DNA of 64,000 bases from contig JAWMAR010000134.1 of NCBI GenBank assembly GCA_036785375.1, forward strand, positions 1,302,001 to 1,366,000. The letters are read 5' to 3'. Of this stretch, positions 1 to 13,830 are shown in pieces (position 1 is the stretch's first letter; every line of letters starts with the position of its first letter). The translations under genes and the position numbers were made by a program. Below the pieces are notes generated by a model that searched no databases, was not told the origin of the DNA, and saw nothing but the letters and a program-made list of their open reading frames with translations. Source of the DNA: Leucoraja ocellata (Eukaryota).

Positions 1-361
1 CTTGTATGTTTCAACGAGATAGCCTCTCATCCTTCTAAACTCCAGAGTGTACAAGCCCAACTGCTCCATTCTCTCAGCATATGACAGTCCCGCCATCCCG
101 GGAAGTAAACCTACGCTGCCACTCCCTTAATAGCAAGAATGTCCTTCCTCAAATTAGGGGACCAAAACTGCACACAATACTCCAGGTGTGGTCTCACTAG
201 GGTTCCGTACAACTGCAGAAGGACCTCTTTGCTCCTATATTCGATTCCTCTTGTTATAAAGGCCAACATGCCATTCGCTGTTATAATGGCCAACATGCCA
301 TTCGCTGTTATAAAGGCCAACATGCCATTCGCTGTTATAAAGGCCAACATGCCATTCGCAG
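1..361 (-). mobile_element. CR1 LINE fragment, 5'-truncated, running off the window start
   Basis: ANGMLAFITRGIEYRSKEVLLQLYGTLVRPHLEYCVQFWSP is CR1 ORF2 C-terminal. Near-identical to 5630-5950. Confidence 0.9.
252..359. repeat. 4 x 27-bp tandem repeat TGTTATAAAGGCCAACATGCCATTCGC
   Basis: Units at 252, 279, 306 and 333, with one substitution in unit 2. Confidence 0.95.
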
Positions 362-3349
362 TGTTAACAGTTTAATTTTATTTTTATTTTGATAGATGAG
401 TTTGATGGATTCTTTGTCTGGTTAATGAAGCCAATGATTAAACAAATTAATTTTGATATACTGATGTTCCAAATTACGTAAAGTCATTGGGGTGTTTTCT
501 GAAATGTATCTGAAATGTTATCTACTGATGGCCAGTTATGAAAACACTGCTTATATTTTAATTTATTTTATTGGGGATAACAGATTTTGCCAGTAAATGC
601 AATGCTTCTTCTGGCAAAGATGAGCAAAAAATGTGACATGGGTTCTAAATAATTATATCAGCATTGCACTGGAGTATTGGTAGCATGATTGTTCACAAGA
701 TCATAAGCCTTTTGCAAAATCCAAATTCGATCAGAATGCAAGTTTAATTGGTTAATTAAAGCAAAACTGAGCCCTATGGAACACACATGATATAATACAC
801 TTGCAATGTCACGAGGAAATAAAATGAATATTTGCCAGTTAATATGTGAAATTCTGACAACGTTACATTCCCAGATTTCATGATCTCCCTAGATCGTCAT
901 CTGCAGTCCCTATGGTGTCATGAAAAAGGCATGCTGGTGCTATACGAGATGGAATTACAAATCACTCAATTCAAATGTGGACATTATGATCGTGGATTTG
1001 TAAGTTCTTTCTTGATGAAAGAGCCAAGATGTGACAAGTGGCCCATCTAGCTTCTGGTAATCTGGTCCAGTCCTTCAATCACCCTGCTTTTCCTCAACAA
1101 CACTGTATATCTCATAAACTCATCCATCATTACCTTACTGTGAGAAAGTTCTCAAATTATACCCGCACAACCATGGCTCAGCAAACCTACAATAACTTTT
1201 CTTACAACAATGATTACATTTTATAAGAATGTACACAACATTTAGTTAATAGTGATAAATTAAAATATATATATTTTTTGCTTATTGGTATTTCATCCAG
1301 GTACTGTTTTATTAAGGTTATTTTATTAATCTATTTTGTTCATTGCAGAAAAGTAGTACATTATTTTCTTCATAAAACAGAAATGCTTTGAGGATAGAAT
1401 TTAGTCTAAATGGAACCTGCCCCTCACTCTAAAATGCTGATCACCAAATATGCTAACAGAATTAGTCTTGACCATTATAGTTGTGCACTCGAGACAGGTA
1501 ATAACAATAATAGCTTCACAAACTGTAATATACAGTTAATCAATCCAAAGTGCCACTAATTGTATCATTTTTAGAGCTCATGTTGGCCACCGATGGAGCA
1601 ATTTAGTGTCAGGTCAATGCCCTTTGTACACCATATTCCCACACATAATATTATCATTATTTTTCATACATCCGTAAAGCAAAAAATCTGGACAGCAATA
1701 GAACATGAATAACTCAGTAACATAACGATCTATGGTCAAAATTGAATTGAATTATTGGTCACAAGATTCAGTCCACATCCCATTAATAATTCAACCCATT
1801 ATTGTTTCAGACTTCGCAATCCGACGGTAGATTTTACCTCAACAGGTAAGTAACGTCCTACACTGTACTGGAGACGAAAGGCAGAACAGTTCTGAGACAG
1901 CCCAATAAACCAGCTTTCCAAACTCTTCTGAGAATCGTAGTGTCATACAGCATGGAAACAGGTCCTCCGGCCTAACTCATCCATGCCTTACACCACCATC
2001 ATCACCAACATGAATGAAAACCAAGTGAATAATTTTCCCCATTCGAGATAATGCTCAGTTTGATATCCCAGGCTAAAACTCTTTGCCTGCCTTTGTTCTA
2101 TCACTGATATCACAAATTTGGGTCTGCCTTCCCAAACCTATGAACATCACTTGTCAATATTTTTGCCCATCCTTCGCACAATGCGATATTCAAATCTTTC
2201 CAAAATCAGAGACAGCATTAAAACAGATCTCAACAGAGTTAGACAACAAATTATTTGAGATTATGCAGTGCTTAACTTCTCCTCTTCCTTCTCAGCTTCA
2301 GCAACCATTGACATAATCAACTTCCATGATCCAGTTCAATGGACACTTGCTTGTTTCTGTCATAATCTTTCTAATCATTGCAATAGGAGCTCAGGTATGA
2401 TTTCTATTCACCCCTGAACTGTTAACTATAGTTCCACTCTGAGTCCTATCCCTTCTGGATCTGAGATGTTGTCCAGTTAGTAAAAAGTAGGGGGAAAAGG
2501 ATAGATTGCGCTGTTTTGGAGATGGCCAGGCTAATTTTTCTCAATTATAACGGCCAATATTTATTTGCCAACTTCACCTCTTCCCTGACACATGTACTGT
2601 TTATACACTCAAACTTAAATCGGTAGCTTCAGATATGACAGCTTCCCTGTTCTCCAACTGGGCTCTTTCCTTCATGAAGTTCAGACCTTTAAGTATTGCT
2701 GCCTAAATCCTAACCTGACACCAATTTACTCAGCGTGTGCATTTCACTAGATTATACTCAGTGTACAAAATTCTTATTTTGTGTTTGAAACTTTTCATGC
2801 CCTTTCCCTTTTTATTTCTGTAACAGAGATTAATAGAGCAAGGCAAACCATTGCTGCTATAATTAAATCATATTTTAGTTTTCTAATTTGTTTCTCTAAA
2901 CAGCAGCATATCAAACTAATTTCAAGATTAATACATGACTAGCTGTTCTTCAATGTCAATGGAATTTAGAAGTTACATACAAATTTCATAAATTTAGATC
3001 AAACAATATTTACTTTTAGAAGTCATAGCAGATGCCATTACTAATGTAGGGTTAGTTTTTAATGTTGCATAAAAACACCAACATTACATAGCCAAGTGGG
3101 TTGCTTAATGATGTTTAAAGCAGTGCTGGGTAGCAGAAGAGTCTAAATCATACTCTCTCCTGTGATAGAACAGTCTAAATTATTCACTCTGCTGTAATAT
3201 AATTTATTTTACCACATAGTTTCATTTAGTAAGGAAAATTCTCCAAATGAAATTCTGCACTTTGTAGAAATAGTGCCCATTTATTATTATTTTAGGAATG
3301 TTGTCATAATTTTAATGCAGATAATCCAATGTTTCTTTCAGAGGATTTA

Positions 3350-3650
3350 GGATAAACGCGATGGAAATGATAACAGCCAAATTCAAATGTCTGAATTCAT
3401 ATTCTTATCGGAGACATTAGTTTAAATTATGAGGAACTGAGAAAGAATAAACAGAGGGACTTATTCTATTGAGAAAAGGGTCAAAGACCAGAAGTCACAG
3501 ACACCACATTGAAGAATTAGGGAAAACACGAGGAAAATAATTTCACCCGGACAGCAGGAGGTGTCTGGAATTCACTGCATGACAGGGTGGCAGAAACCTT
3601 CATCCCTTTTTTAAATTACCTGGATGTGTACTTGAAGAGCTGAGACCTAC
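3350..3650 (+). mobile_element. Old degenerate CR1 3' fragment
   Basis: Remnants of CR1 3'-end motifs (ggggtcaaagaccagaagtcacaga, gtctggaattcactgc...agggtggcaga). Confidence 0.5.
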
Positions 3651-4839
3651 TTCATATGATGTGATTGATCATTTTTTGGCTGCAGCTATCAAGTTCAGAA
3701 AGGAGAAGGCCGACTATCCTCAGAAGAGCAGGATTGACAGTCATTACAGTGACAGCCCATGCTCAAAACTCATGAGATGACAGTAATGGACAGAGATTGT
3801 CATTTGAATAATTAGGGGGAACAGTTGGATTAAGTTTACTTTCAAGACATTCAGTTTCAGATATATGGTCCAATCTATTTACTGCAAAATGCTCTTGATT
3901 ATGTTGTAACAATTTTTGTTTCAATTGTATAGTCATATTTAATAAGATTTCTATATTACAATTCACTGGTGTAGGTATGGCAAACAAAAATGTTTCTAGT
4001 TGTCAGTTAATTGCCGCTTGACTCGGGTATGTTGCATTAATGGCTATTTTCAATAAAATCACTGTGGAAAGCTCCCCAGATTATGATTAAGTGACTCATT
4101 CATTACAGGACAAGGCTAGTATCAACAGCTGGGAAACAAGAAAGAGTATTTCTGAAGTTTAACAGTGGATGTTAGGATTAAAGGAAGCCTTCTCAAGAAC
4201 TTTATCTAAGGCAGTGCAGGAAAATGCACCCAAGGTAAAAGATCACCCGTGATCTTACTGAACAATGGAGCAAGCATGAGCTGTACAATGACCTCATCCC
4301 GATTCTATTTGTAATGTTCTTATTAGTTATAGAAGTAGTTTCATTTTAGTATATTTAAATTTAGCAATGCAATATTTACATTAAATTGGCTAGACAAAGT
4401 CCTTGATCTGCACATTATGTGGGAGCTTGACAATTATTGAGTTGCATTTCCCTGTGCTTCACAAGCATTAGAGCATTAGATTGTGACCTTTGGCTTGTTT
4501 TATTTTTCCTAAAAAATTATAGCTTAATTGAAAATATTATAATGCATGGCTACATAATTATTAAGAGCGTGGCTCACACACAAAACACTTAATAGCAAAA
4601 TTAATCCTGACATGAATTATAAATAGGTGGTGTGGGATATACTTAAAAGGATAAAAACAACCTGTTCCTCATTATCGCAGTCGAACTAATAGTACAGTGA
4701 AGAATATAGAGATTAAAAAACTTTTCAAATGTGAAAGTTAAACTTGCCTTTGGACATCAGCAAACTAAATGCAAATTAACAGCGATCAGTTGTCAGTGGG
4801 CCTGATCAGCTCACTTGTGTCCTGTCCTTTTCATGCACT

Positions 4840-4922
4840 GAAGATAGACACAAAATGCTGGAGTAACTCTGCGGGTCAGGCAGCATCTCTGGAGAGAAGG
4901 AATGGGTGACATTTCAGGTCTT
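4840..4922 (-). mobile_element. Penelope-type terminal-repeat fragment (HHR family)
   Basis: gacacaaaatgctggagtaactc..gggtcaggcagcatctctggag is the reverse complement of the family consensus. Confidence 0.8.
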
Positions 4923-5305
4923 CCTTTCGTCTGCCTCTGGGAAATTAAGGGATAGGATCTTTTTGAATTGGCTCTTCACGGAAACCAGAAAGAGCTGTTC
5001 CCCAAATAGAAGTGTGGATTTCATCCATTCAGAAGAACGCCAAGGAGAATGCAAAGAGCAGCACCAGCCACCAAACGTGGTCCGTTTTTTACCTCACTAA
5101 AGTCTTTGACTCCATCGGTCAGATGTGACTGGAGAACACCCTCCTCAAATTTAGCTATCTATAGAACCTTGACAACATTTTATGTTTGCTTCATGCAGGA
5201 TATAAACCATGATCCTAATTATAAGGTCTATAACAGAGACAATCTCACTGAATGTTAGAGTCAAGCACAACAGTTATTGTCCCAACACTTTTCTTAATCT
5301 TCGTC

Positions 5306-7335
5306 AATAGAAAATAGGTGCAGGAGTAGGCCATTCAGCCCTTCGAGCCAGCACCACCATTCAATGTTATCATTGCTGATCATCCACAATCAGTACCCGT
5401 TCCTGCCTTCTCCCCATATCCCCTGACTCCGCTATCTTTAAGAGCCCTATCAAGCTCTCTCTTGAAATTCTCCAGAGAACTGGCCTCCACCACCCTCTGA
5501 GGCAGAGTATTCCACAGACTCACAACTCTCTGTGTGAAAAAGTGTTTCCTCATCTCTGTTTTAAATGCCTTACCCCTTATTCTTAAACGGTGGCCCCTGG
5601 TTCTGGACTCCCCAAACATTGAGAACATGTTTCCTACCTCTTCATGTCCAAACCCCTAATAATCTTATATGTTTCAATAAAATCCCCTCTCATCCGTCTA
5701 AATTTCAGAGTATACAAGCCCAGCCACTCCATTCTCTCAGCATTTGACAGTCCCGCCATCCCAGGAAATGACCTTGTGAACCTACGCTGTACTCCCTCAA
5801 TAGCAAGAATGTCCTTCCTCAAATTAGGGGACTAAAACTGCACACAATACTCCAAGTGTGGTCTCACTTGGGCCCTGTACAACTGCAGGACCTCTTTGCT
5901 CCTATACTCAACTCCTCTTGTTATGAAGGCCAACATGCCATTCGCATTCTTCACTGCCTGCTGTACCTGCATGCTTACTTTCATTGACTGATGAACAAGG
6001 ACCCCCAGATCACGTTGTACTTCCCCTTTTCCCAACTTGACACCATTTAGATAATAATCTGCCTTCCTGTTTTTGTTACCAAAGTGAATAACCTCACATT
6101 TATTCACATTAAACTGCATCTGCCCACTCACCCAACCTGTCCAAGTCCTCCTCACCACCCTCACCACGGTTCACACTCCCACCCAGCTTTGTGTCATCTG
6201 CAAATTTGCTAATGTTACTTTGAATCCCTTCAAATAAATCATTGATGTATATTGTAAATAGCTACGGTCCCAGCACCGAGCCTTGGGGTATCCCACTAGT
6301 CACTGCCTGCCATTCTGAAAGGGACCCATTAATCCCTACTCTTTGTTTCCTGTCTGCCAACCAATTTTCTATCCATGTCAGCACTCTACCCCCAATACCA
6401 TGTGCCCTAATTTTGCCCACTAATTTCCTATGTGGGACCTTATCAAATGCTTTCTGGAAGTCCAGGTACATTACATCCACTGGCTCTCCCTTGTCCATTT
6501 TCCTAGTTGCATCTCAAAAAATTCTAGAAGATTAGTCAAGCATGATTTCCCCTTTGTAAATCCATGCTGACGCAGACCGATCCTGTTACTGCTATCCAAA
6601 GGTGCCGCTATTTCATATTTTATGATTGACTCCAGCATCTTCCCCACCACCGATGTCAGGCTAACTGGTCTATAATTCCCTGTTTTTCTCTCTCCCGCCT
6701 TTCCTAAAAGGTAGGATAACATTAACTACCCTCCAATCCACAGAAACTGATCCTGAATCCATAGAACATTGGAAAATGAACACCAATGCGTCCATGATAT
6801 CTAGAGCCACTTCCTCAAGTACCCTGGGATGCAGACCATCAGGCCCTGGGGATTTATCAGCCTTCAGTCCCATCAGTCTGCCCAACACCATTTCCTGCCT
6901 AATGTGGATTTCCTTCAGTTTTTCCATCACCCCAGATCCTCTGGCCACCAGTATTGTTTGTGTCCTCCTTAGTGAACACGGATCCAACTCATCTGCCATT
7001 TCCTTGTTCCCCATAATACATTCATCTTTTTCAGTCTTCAAAGGTCCAACTTTGGTCTTAACTATTATTGTCCTCTTCACATACCTAAAGAAGCTTTTGC
7101 TATCCTACTTTGTATTCTAGGCTAACATCTTCGTACCTCATCTTTTCTCCCCATATTGCCTTTTTAGTTGTCTTCTGATGCTCTTTAAACATTACCCAAT
7201 CCTCTTGCTTCCCGCTCATCTCTGCTATGTTGTACTTCTTCTCTTTTATTTTTATACTGCCCCTGACTTCCCTTGTCAGCCACGGTCGCCCAATATTCCC
7301 TTGTAATCTTTTTTCCTCTTTGGAATGAACTGGCC
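5306..7335 (-). mobile_element. CR1 LINE, ~2 kb 5'-truncated, frameshifted ORF2 (reverse transcriptase)
   Basis: ORF pieces KSPGPDGLHPRVL, NYRPVSLTSVVGK, YLDFQKAFDKVPH, GIPQGSVLGP, RPHLEYCVQF, FFTQRVVSLWN. 3' tail near 5310. Confidence 0.95.
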
Positions 7336-7794
7336 AAGTCACGTATGTTGTCAGCCACAGCAGGACGGTGAGTGATGTATAGGTGCAGAGCACAATCAGT
7401 AAGATAATTCCATGGTAGTGCAAGATATGGTGTTATGTTGCAAAGGTGGGATTAGGGTTATGACCACTGCAGGAAAGAGCAATTATCGGAGAATGGGACG
7501 GATGGGTCAAATATGGACAGAGTTTCTTCTGAGAACACTGGCCTAACAAAATTATTTTTAAATTGTGTGACATTTCATTGATAAAGAAAACCTTCCATCT
7601 GGTGATTGATTATGAATTGCAAGTAGACCCTCCCCTATGTTTGTAGTGGTGTGTTTGCACGGCGTTAACAATTGGATTATTTATGTAATCTGATTATTGA
7701 CCGCGATATACTTTCTTCAAACTTTTATACCACCCAAAAATAATGTTTGCAGACTAAAGAAAAGATATCTTTAATTAAATATAAAAGATAGTCG

Positions 7795-8430
7795 GAAAGA
7801 CAAGGCTAGCATTTATTTCAAGAAAGCTTGTATAAAAAAACATGTATGAAATGCCAAGGCTCTAGAAGGCACTGGTAAGGCCGCATTTGGAATATTGTGA
7901 GCAATTTTGGGCACCATATCTGAGGAAGGGTGTACTGGCTCAGGAGAGGGTCCAGAGGAGGTTTACAAGAATTATCCCAGGAATGAGTAGTTTAACCTAT
8001 GATGAGCATTTGTCGGCACTGGGCCTGCACTTGCTGGAGTTTAGATGATGGGGGACTTCATTGAAACATACAGAATAGTGAAAGGCTTGGATAGAGTGGA
8101 TGTGAAGAGGATGTTTCCACTAGTGGGAGAGTCTAAGACTAAAGGTCATAGTCTCAGAATTAAAGGACGCTCTTTTAGGACGGAGATGAGGAGAAATTTC
8201 TTTAGTCAGAGGGTGGTGAATGTGTGGAATTCTTTACCACAGAAGGCTGTGGAGGCAAGTCAATGGATATTTTTATGGCAGAGATAGATTCTTGATTAGT
8301 GCAGGTGTCAGAGGTTATGGGGAGAAGGCAGGAGAGTGGGGTTAGGAGGGAGAGATAGATCTGCTATGATTGAACGACGGAGTAGACTTGATAGGCCGCA
8401 TGGCCTAAATCGACTCCTATCACTTATGAC
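7795..8430 (+). mobile_element. CR1 LINE 3' fragment
   Basis: GDFIETYRIVKGLDRVD...RNFFSQRVVNVWNSLP plus CR1 3' UTR. Confidence 0.92.
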
Positions 8431-9929
8431 AAAAGTCGCAAATATTGTTGGGCCTGCAAGGTATTGGCAGAACCAGATTAAACATTAAATTATGCCTAGA
8501 TAGGCAACTTTTCACTGGGGTGTGTCTATTAATATACCGAACTTGTTTTTTATGCTTATAAGGTTGCATTGATGGCAACGGATCAGGAGTCCTGACAAAA
8601 AGTGGATTTCAGTGCCATTTCACAGAGTGCTATTAATTACGTGGGATGACTGGGATCTGCACATTAGGAGTCAGCAGCACTACATTAATGTAAGAGTGCC
8701 TCCATTTGGAATAAGCAACACATTTCAGAAGAACTGTTACCCTGTTTCAAACTTCTAACTTCTCAAGTGTCAAAATCAACACTTCTGTTAAATCCTGTAG
8801 AGAATGCAAGATACTCAAAAATATTTTGTGCATACAAGCGATTAGCAAAAAATTATTTGTTATAATGCATAATCTGAAGGGTGGGACCTCAAATCTATCA
8901 TATAAAACAATATAATAGAATAAAATCAAATGCCATGAAAGAATCAGCTTCTCAATCGGCTGGATCTGAGAATTAATGCCAATTTATTTTATGTAATAGT
9001 GCCTTGCAGGTATTTGTGTGATTTCATGAATTTAATGTAAAAATTTAAACAATATTAATGCAAGATTCATCCACACATAAAAATACACATCAGATTTTAT
9101 ACATGTAAAACATTACCAAAATATTCATCCCAAAAATATTGAGACACATAGCTCTGTCAAATCTAGAAAATCTGATGAAACACAAGAGATATATGATAAA
9201 TAAAAAACAATTTATTGTCATCAAGTAGAAAATGTTCCCAGTCAGTTTTAACATCTGTCTCTTGTACCTGTAAAAATTACCTGTCACACAAGATATTGGT
9301 AGCATATATTAACTTGAAACGGAGGATGCATAGAACCAGTGGGGAATTCTCTTATGAGTAGAATTCAAAGAAAAAGTTTCTTTCTTTATTTTGATGTAAA
9401 CATTTGTTATCAAAGTGTTGTTTTAAAGTGACAGTGGCGCATATATTAACATTTACCAATCTGTTAGTGTCCTCATATCTTCTGATTGCCAAATACATAC
9501 AGCAGACTTCAAAAACAGAAATAATTATTTAGAAAGGAGAGAAATAGATTAACATTTTTCTGCATGTAAGATCAACAAATCTTTGTGCTATCAAATCCTC
9601 CATCTCTTTTAAATTTAAGATTGATGATTGAGAATCGCATTTGAGTTGAATCAAAACATAACAAGAAACATGGAATCAATTAATTAATTTGAATTGTGTC
9701 CCATCTATGGTTGCGGATTATAATGCACATCAGACTACATCATTTCCATTTTTCTTCTATATGATGCTTTGCGATCTTTCATTTGTGGGCGAGCTCACCT
9801 GATCATTCAAATGTAGTTCAATGGAGTTACTTTATAAGTTATCCTGATTGCAATTATTTACAATTCCCATCCCGATTTACATACGCATTATGTCTTTATA
9901 CAAAATATACATGGCCTTCATAAATATAA

Positions 9930-11160
9930 ATACAATTCAGAAAGCCTTCGCATCCAACACATCATACTCTGATAATTTCCGTCACTTTCAACATGATCCA
10001 ACCACATCACATCTTCTCGTGCCTTTCTGTCTTGTACAGAGATTGCTCCCTCTGAAACACCCCTCCTGCCCAAACCACCCCCTCTCCAGGTAATTTCCCC
10101 TGAAATCACAGAAGACACAACAACTGTCCATATACTTCCTCCCTCTCATTCATCCAGGGACCCCATCTGTCCTTCCAGGTAAGACAGAGGTTCACATACT
10201 CGAACCTCATCTACTGCATTCGTTGTTCCTAATGTGACCTCTTTTACATTGACACGAATGTTTCGCCGAACATTTGCGCTTGGTTCACCAAGGGCTGCTG
10301 GATCTCTTGGTTGCTAACATTTTTACACCCCTTCTGTCCTGGGCCTCAACTGATCGAGTGAAGCCACCAGAGGACATCCCCCCATATTCCACTGGGGTAG
10401 CTTCCAACCTAAAAGTATTAACATTGATTTATCCAATTTTAGATAACTAACCTATAAACATCCTTTTTTTCCCCCCTTCCTTTCTTCCCTCCTTGCCAGA
10501 CTCATACCCATGTCTCCAGGTCTTTCCCCCCTCCCCCACCTACATTCCTTCCTTTGGCTTCACAATACACACCTCTTCTATCATCTCACACCTACCATCT
10601 TCTCTGGCATTTATCCAACTATCTGCCTATCAAAAATCACGCCTCACCTGTATTCACCTATTACTGAGTTTTAGTTTTAGACATGCAGTATGGAAACAGA
10701 CCCTTCAGCCCACCAAGACTGCACTGACCATCGATCACGCATACACTAGTCTATCCTACACCCTGGGGACAATTTATAGTAGCCAATTAACTTACAAACC
10801 TGCACATCTTTTGAATGCGAGAAGAACCTAGAGCATTCGGTGAACACCTATGCGGTCACAGGGAAAACGTACAAACTCCGTACAGAGAGCACACAAGGTC
10901 AGAATCGGACCCGGGGCTCTGTTGCTGAAAGGCAGCAACTCTACCGTTGCGCCACTGATCTGCCTCTACTTGTTAAGCTTTGTCCTGCCCCTCCTCTCTT
11001 CCAGTTTTCTCCCCCTTACCTCACCACAAACAGTCTGAAGAAGGGTCCCCACCCAGTGTCACCAATTCATGTTCTCCAGAGATGCTGCCTGGCCCGCGGA
11101 GTTACTCCCGCACATTGCTTTTTTTTTTGTAAACTGACATCTGTAGTTCCTTCTATCTCT
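9930..11160 (+). mobile_element. Penelope-like element 3' part (decayed GIY-YIG endonuclease plus terminal repeat), interrupted by a SINE
   Basis: tcgaacctcatctactgcattcgttgttcc reads SNLIYCIRCS. Ends in cagtctgaagaaggg...ccagagatgctgcctg terminal repeat at 11031-11160. Confidence 0.8.
10667..10958 (-). mobile_element. tRNA-derived V-SINE/HE1-like SINE nested in the Penelope element
   Basis: Minus-strand A-box TGGCGCAACGG and B-box GGTCCGATTC, central GTTTGTACGTTTTCCCTGTGACC core, CR1-like tail. Homologous to 18170-18466. Confidence 0.82.
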
Positions 11161-11619
11161 ATGTCTTCATGCAAGATGTACAGTATGTGATTATTTGAAT
11201 TTAATAACATTTTATAAAACGTTCTAATTTGTTGAAGTGGCCATGAATCCCGATAGGAATTCTCATGTGGTCATGTAATTCCACCTGTCCTGTGCTTTTT
11301 TATTTTAACCTAAATTATGTCTTTCAGGTTGGTCATTATTTGTCATTGCAATGAAAAGATAAAACACAAATGCCTTCTTTCCAAGACATAAATACAGAAA
11401 GTTGTTTTAAATATTCCATTCATAATTAAAACAAAGCACAAGGGCTCGTTGATACATGCCTTAAGGGGGACTTTGAGAAAAAGGATTGAATAATAACTTT
11501 CTATACGGGGGCCCTCAGAAGGAGTGCTCACTCACCACAACATAATAGAATTTAAACGTTGTTTTAAAGTGATGTAGTTGAACAATGATTTTCAAGTAAA
11601 CAAAAGAATCTCTGAAGAT

Positions 11620-13830
11620 AGTTGGGACAGGTGGGTTGTGGTTGACTGGGAAACAACATTAAAAGGGATTACAATGGACAGGTAGTATCTAACATGTAAA
11701 GAAATAACACATGATTTACAACAAAAAAATATTCTTTAAAGGCATTAAAAAAAACAATGATGTTAATTGCTGTGATTAACAACAATATTAATCTATGTGA
11801 AAAGCTTATAAAGTTAAAATAGAAAGTAGTGCACCTGATGGTTTGGGAAAGGCACGTTGGAATTCAAAGGATGACCAAGAAATTGAAGAAGAAAAGGCAA
11901 ATCGAGAGTAAATTACCAAGAAACACAAACAGATCGCCAGAGCTTCCATTGGCACATAAATGTAAAAGACAAGTAATGACGAATATGGGTCTCCTACAGG
12001 CAAAGAATGATAATTTAACAGGGTATAAAGAAATGGGCATGGGAAAAATTAAACAAATATTTTTGCTCTGTCTTCATAAGAGACACAATAACATCTTCCA
12101 GAAATTCTGAGGAGCAGGAGGACAGTGCAAATAAGGAAATAAAGACTAGAGAAGTTAATGACCCTGAAACCTGACAAATCACACTCTATCCCAGACTCTC
12201 ACCGAGTCCCTCACTATCAATATCCTTGGTTTACTATGACTGGAAACTGAACAGGAGCAGCCAAAAAAAACATATAGCTGCAAAAGCAGATCAGAAGCTG
12301 GGAATCCTGTAGCAAGTAACTAATCTCCCAATTCAACAACACTTATGGAACTCAACACGATAAGCATATAGCAGCCCGCTTGATAGGCATCCCATCAACA
12401 ACCATTTGCTTACTCCACCATGGATACGCTGTCGCCCTAGTTTGGAACATCTACAGGATGCACTGCAGCATTTCCTGAGATAGCATCTTCCAAACCTTAG
12501 TCCGCTAATGGCAAAAGATACAATAGTAGTAAAAGCATGAGAACACCACCATCTGGAAGTTGTCCTCCAAGCCTCACACCAATCTGATTTGGAAATATAT
12601 TGCTGTTCCTTCACCTTCACCAGGTTAAAATCCTGGAAACCCCTCCAGAGTCAAGACACAAAGGGTGGTGGACGTATGGAACAAGCTGCCAGAGGAGATA
12701 GTTGAGGCATCGACTATCCCAACATTTAAGAAGCAGTTAGACAGGTACATGGATAGGACAGGTTTGGAGGGATATGGATCAAATGCTGGCAGGTGGGACT
12801 CGTGTAGCTCGGACATGTTGGCCGGTGTGGGCAAGTGGGGCCAAAGGGCCTGTTTCCACACTGTACCACTCTATGACTCCATCTGGTTGATGAGCTGCAT
12901 TTGGAGTTTCAGAAGGCTTTTGACAAGGTCCTACAGAGGAGCTTGATGAGTATGAATAGAGCACATGGAATTGGTAGTAGTAAACTAGCATGGGTTAAGA
13001 GGATGACAGGAAACAAAATAGAAATAAATGGATCCTTCTAAGATTGGCAGGCAATGTCTTGCGGGGTACTGCAGGATTCAGAAACTGAGCCTCAACTATT
13101 CATAAGAAAGATTTATTTGCACTAATGGTCCAGTTTGTTGAAAATAATATATATTTTTTCCTTTTGGTGCTGCAAACCAAATCTGAGATTCACTGATGAC
13201 TTGAAACTAAACCGAGAACAGTGGCGAGGTGAAAGAAGCTTCAGGAGGCTATAGACAATCTAGGTGAATGAGCAATAATACCGTTTGTGTGGTACAATGT
13301 GGAAAATACGGGGTTACAGTACTTACTTTGGCAGGGAAAAGGAAATATTGTGTATTTTGTAAATGGTGAGAGATTAGAAAATGTCAATGCTTTACGGGAC
13401 CAGTGTGTCATTGTACTCAAATTACCGAAAGCTGACATGCAGCTATAGCAGCCACGCAGGAAGGCAAGTGAATTGAAAGAGAATTTGAGTACAAGAATAA
13501 AGATGTCTTACAATAGTTATATAGAATGAAGATGTGTTATTATATTTATATAGGGTTTGATGAGGCCATACCTGGAGAGTTATGTACAATTTTGACCTCC
13601 TTTCCTATGTAATGAGTATGGCAAAGCTTTACGAGACTGATTCCTGGCCTCTAGTCTCTAGGGATAACAAGAATGAGAGGTGCCCTTACACAAAACACTT
13701 TAGAGTGTTTGATTTTGTGGATGCAGGAAAGATTGATTAAGGAATCTGGAACAAAAGGGTCACAGTCCCAAAACAATACTCAAGCTATCGGGTTTCCTAC
13801 CCAAAAAGTTGAAATGTGGAATAAAATTTT
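11620..13830 (+). mobile_element. Old degenerate CR1 with nested fragments, including a younger CR1 3' end at ~12651-12880
   Basis: tttcagaaggcttttgacaaggtc (FQKAFDKV), gaggccatacctggag; the nested ORF reads VDVWNKLPEEIVEASTIPTFKKQLDRYMDR. Confidence 0.7.

Noticed and set aside
252-359. Repeat array as CRISPR
   Set aside because: No spacers, LINE-derived, eukaryotic context.
10880-10958. tRNA gene
   Set aside because: The A/B boxes belong to a SINE head and there is no cloverleaf.
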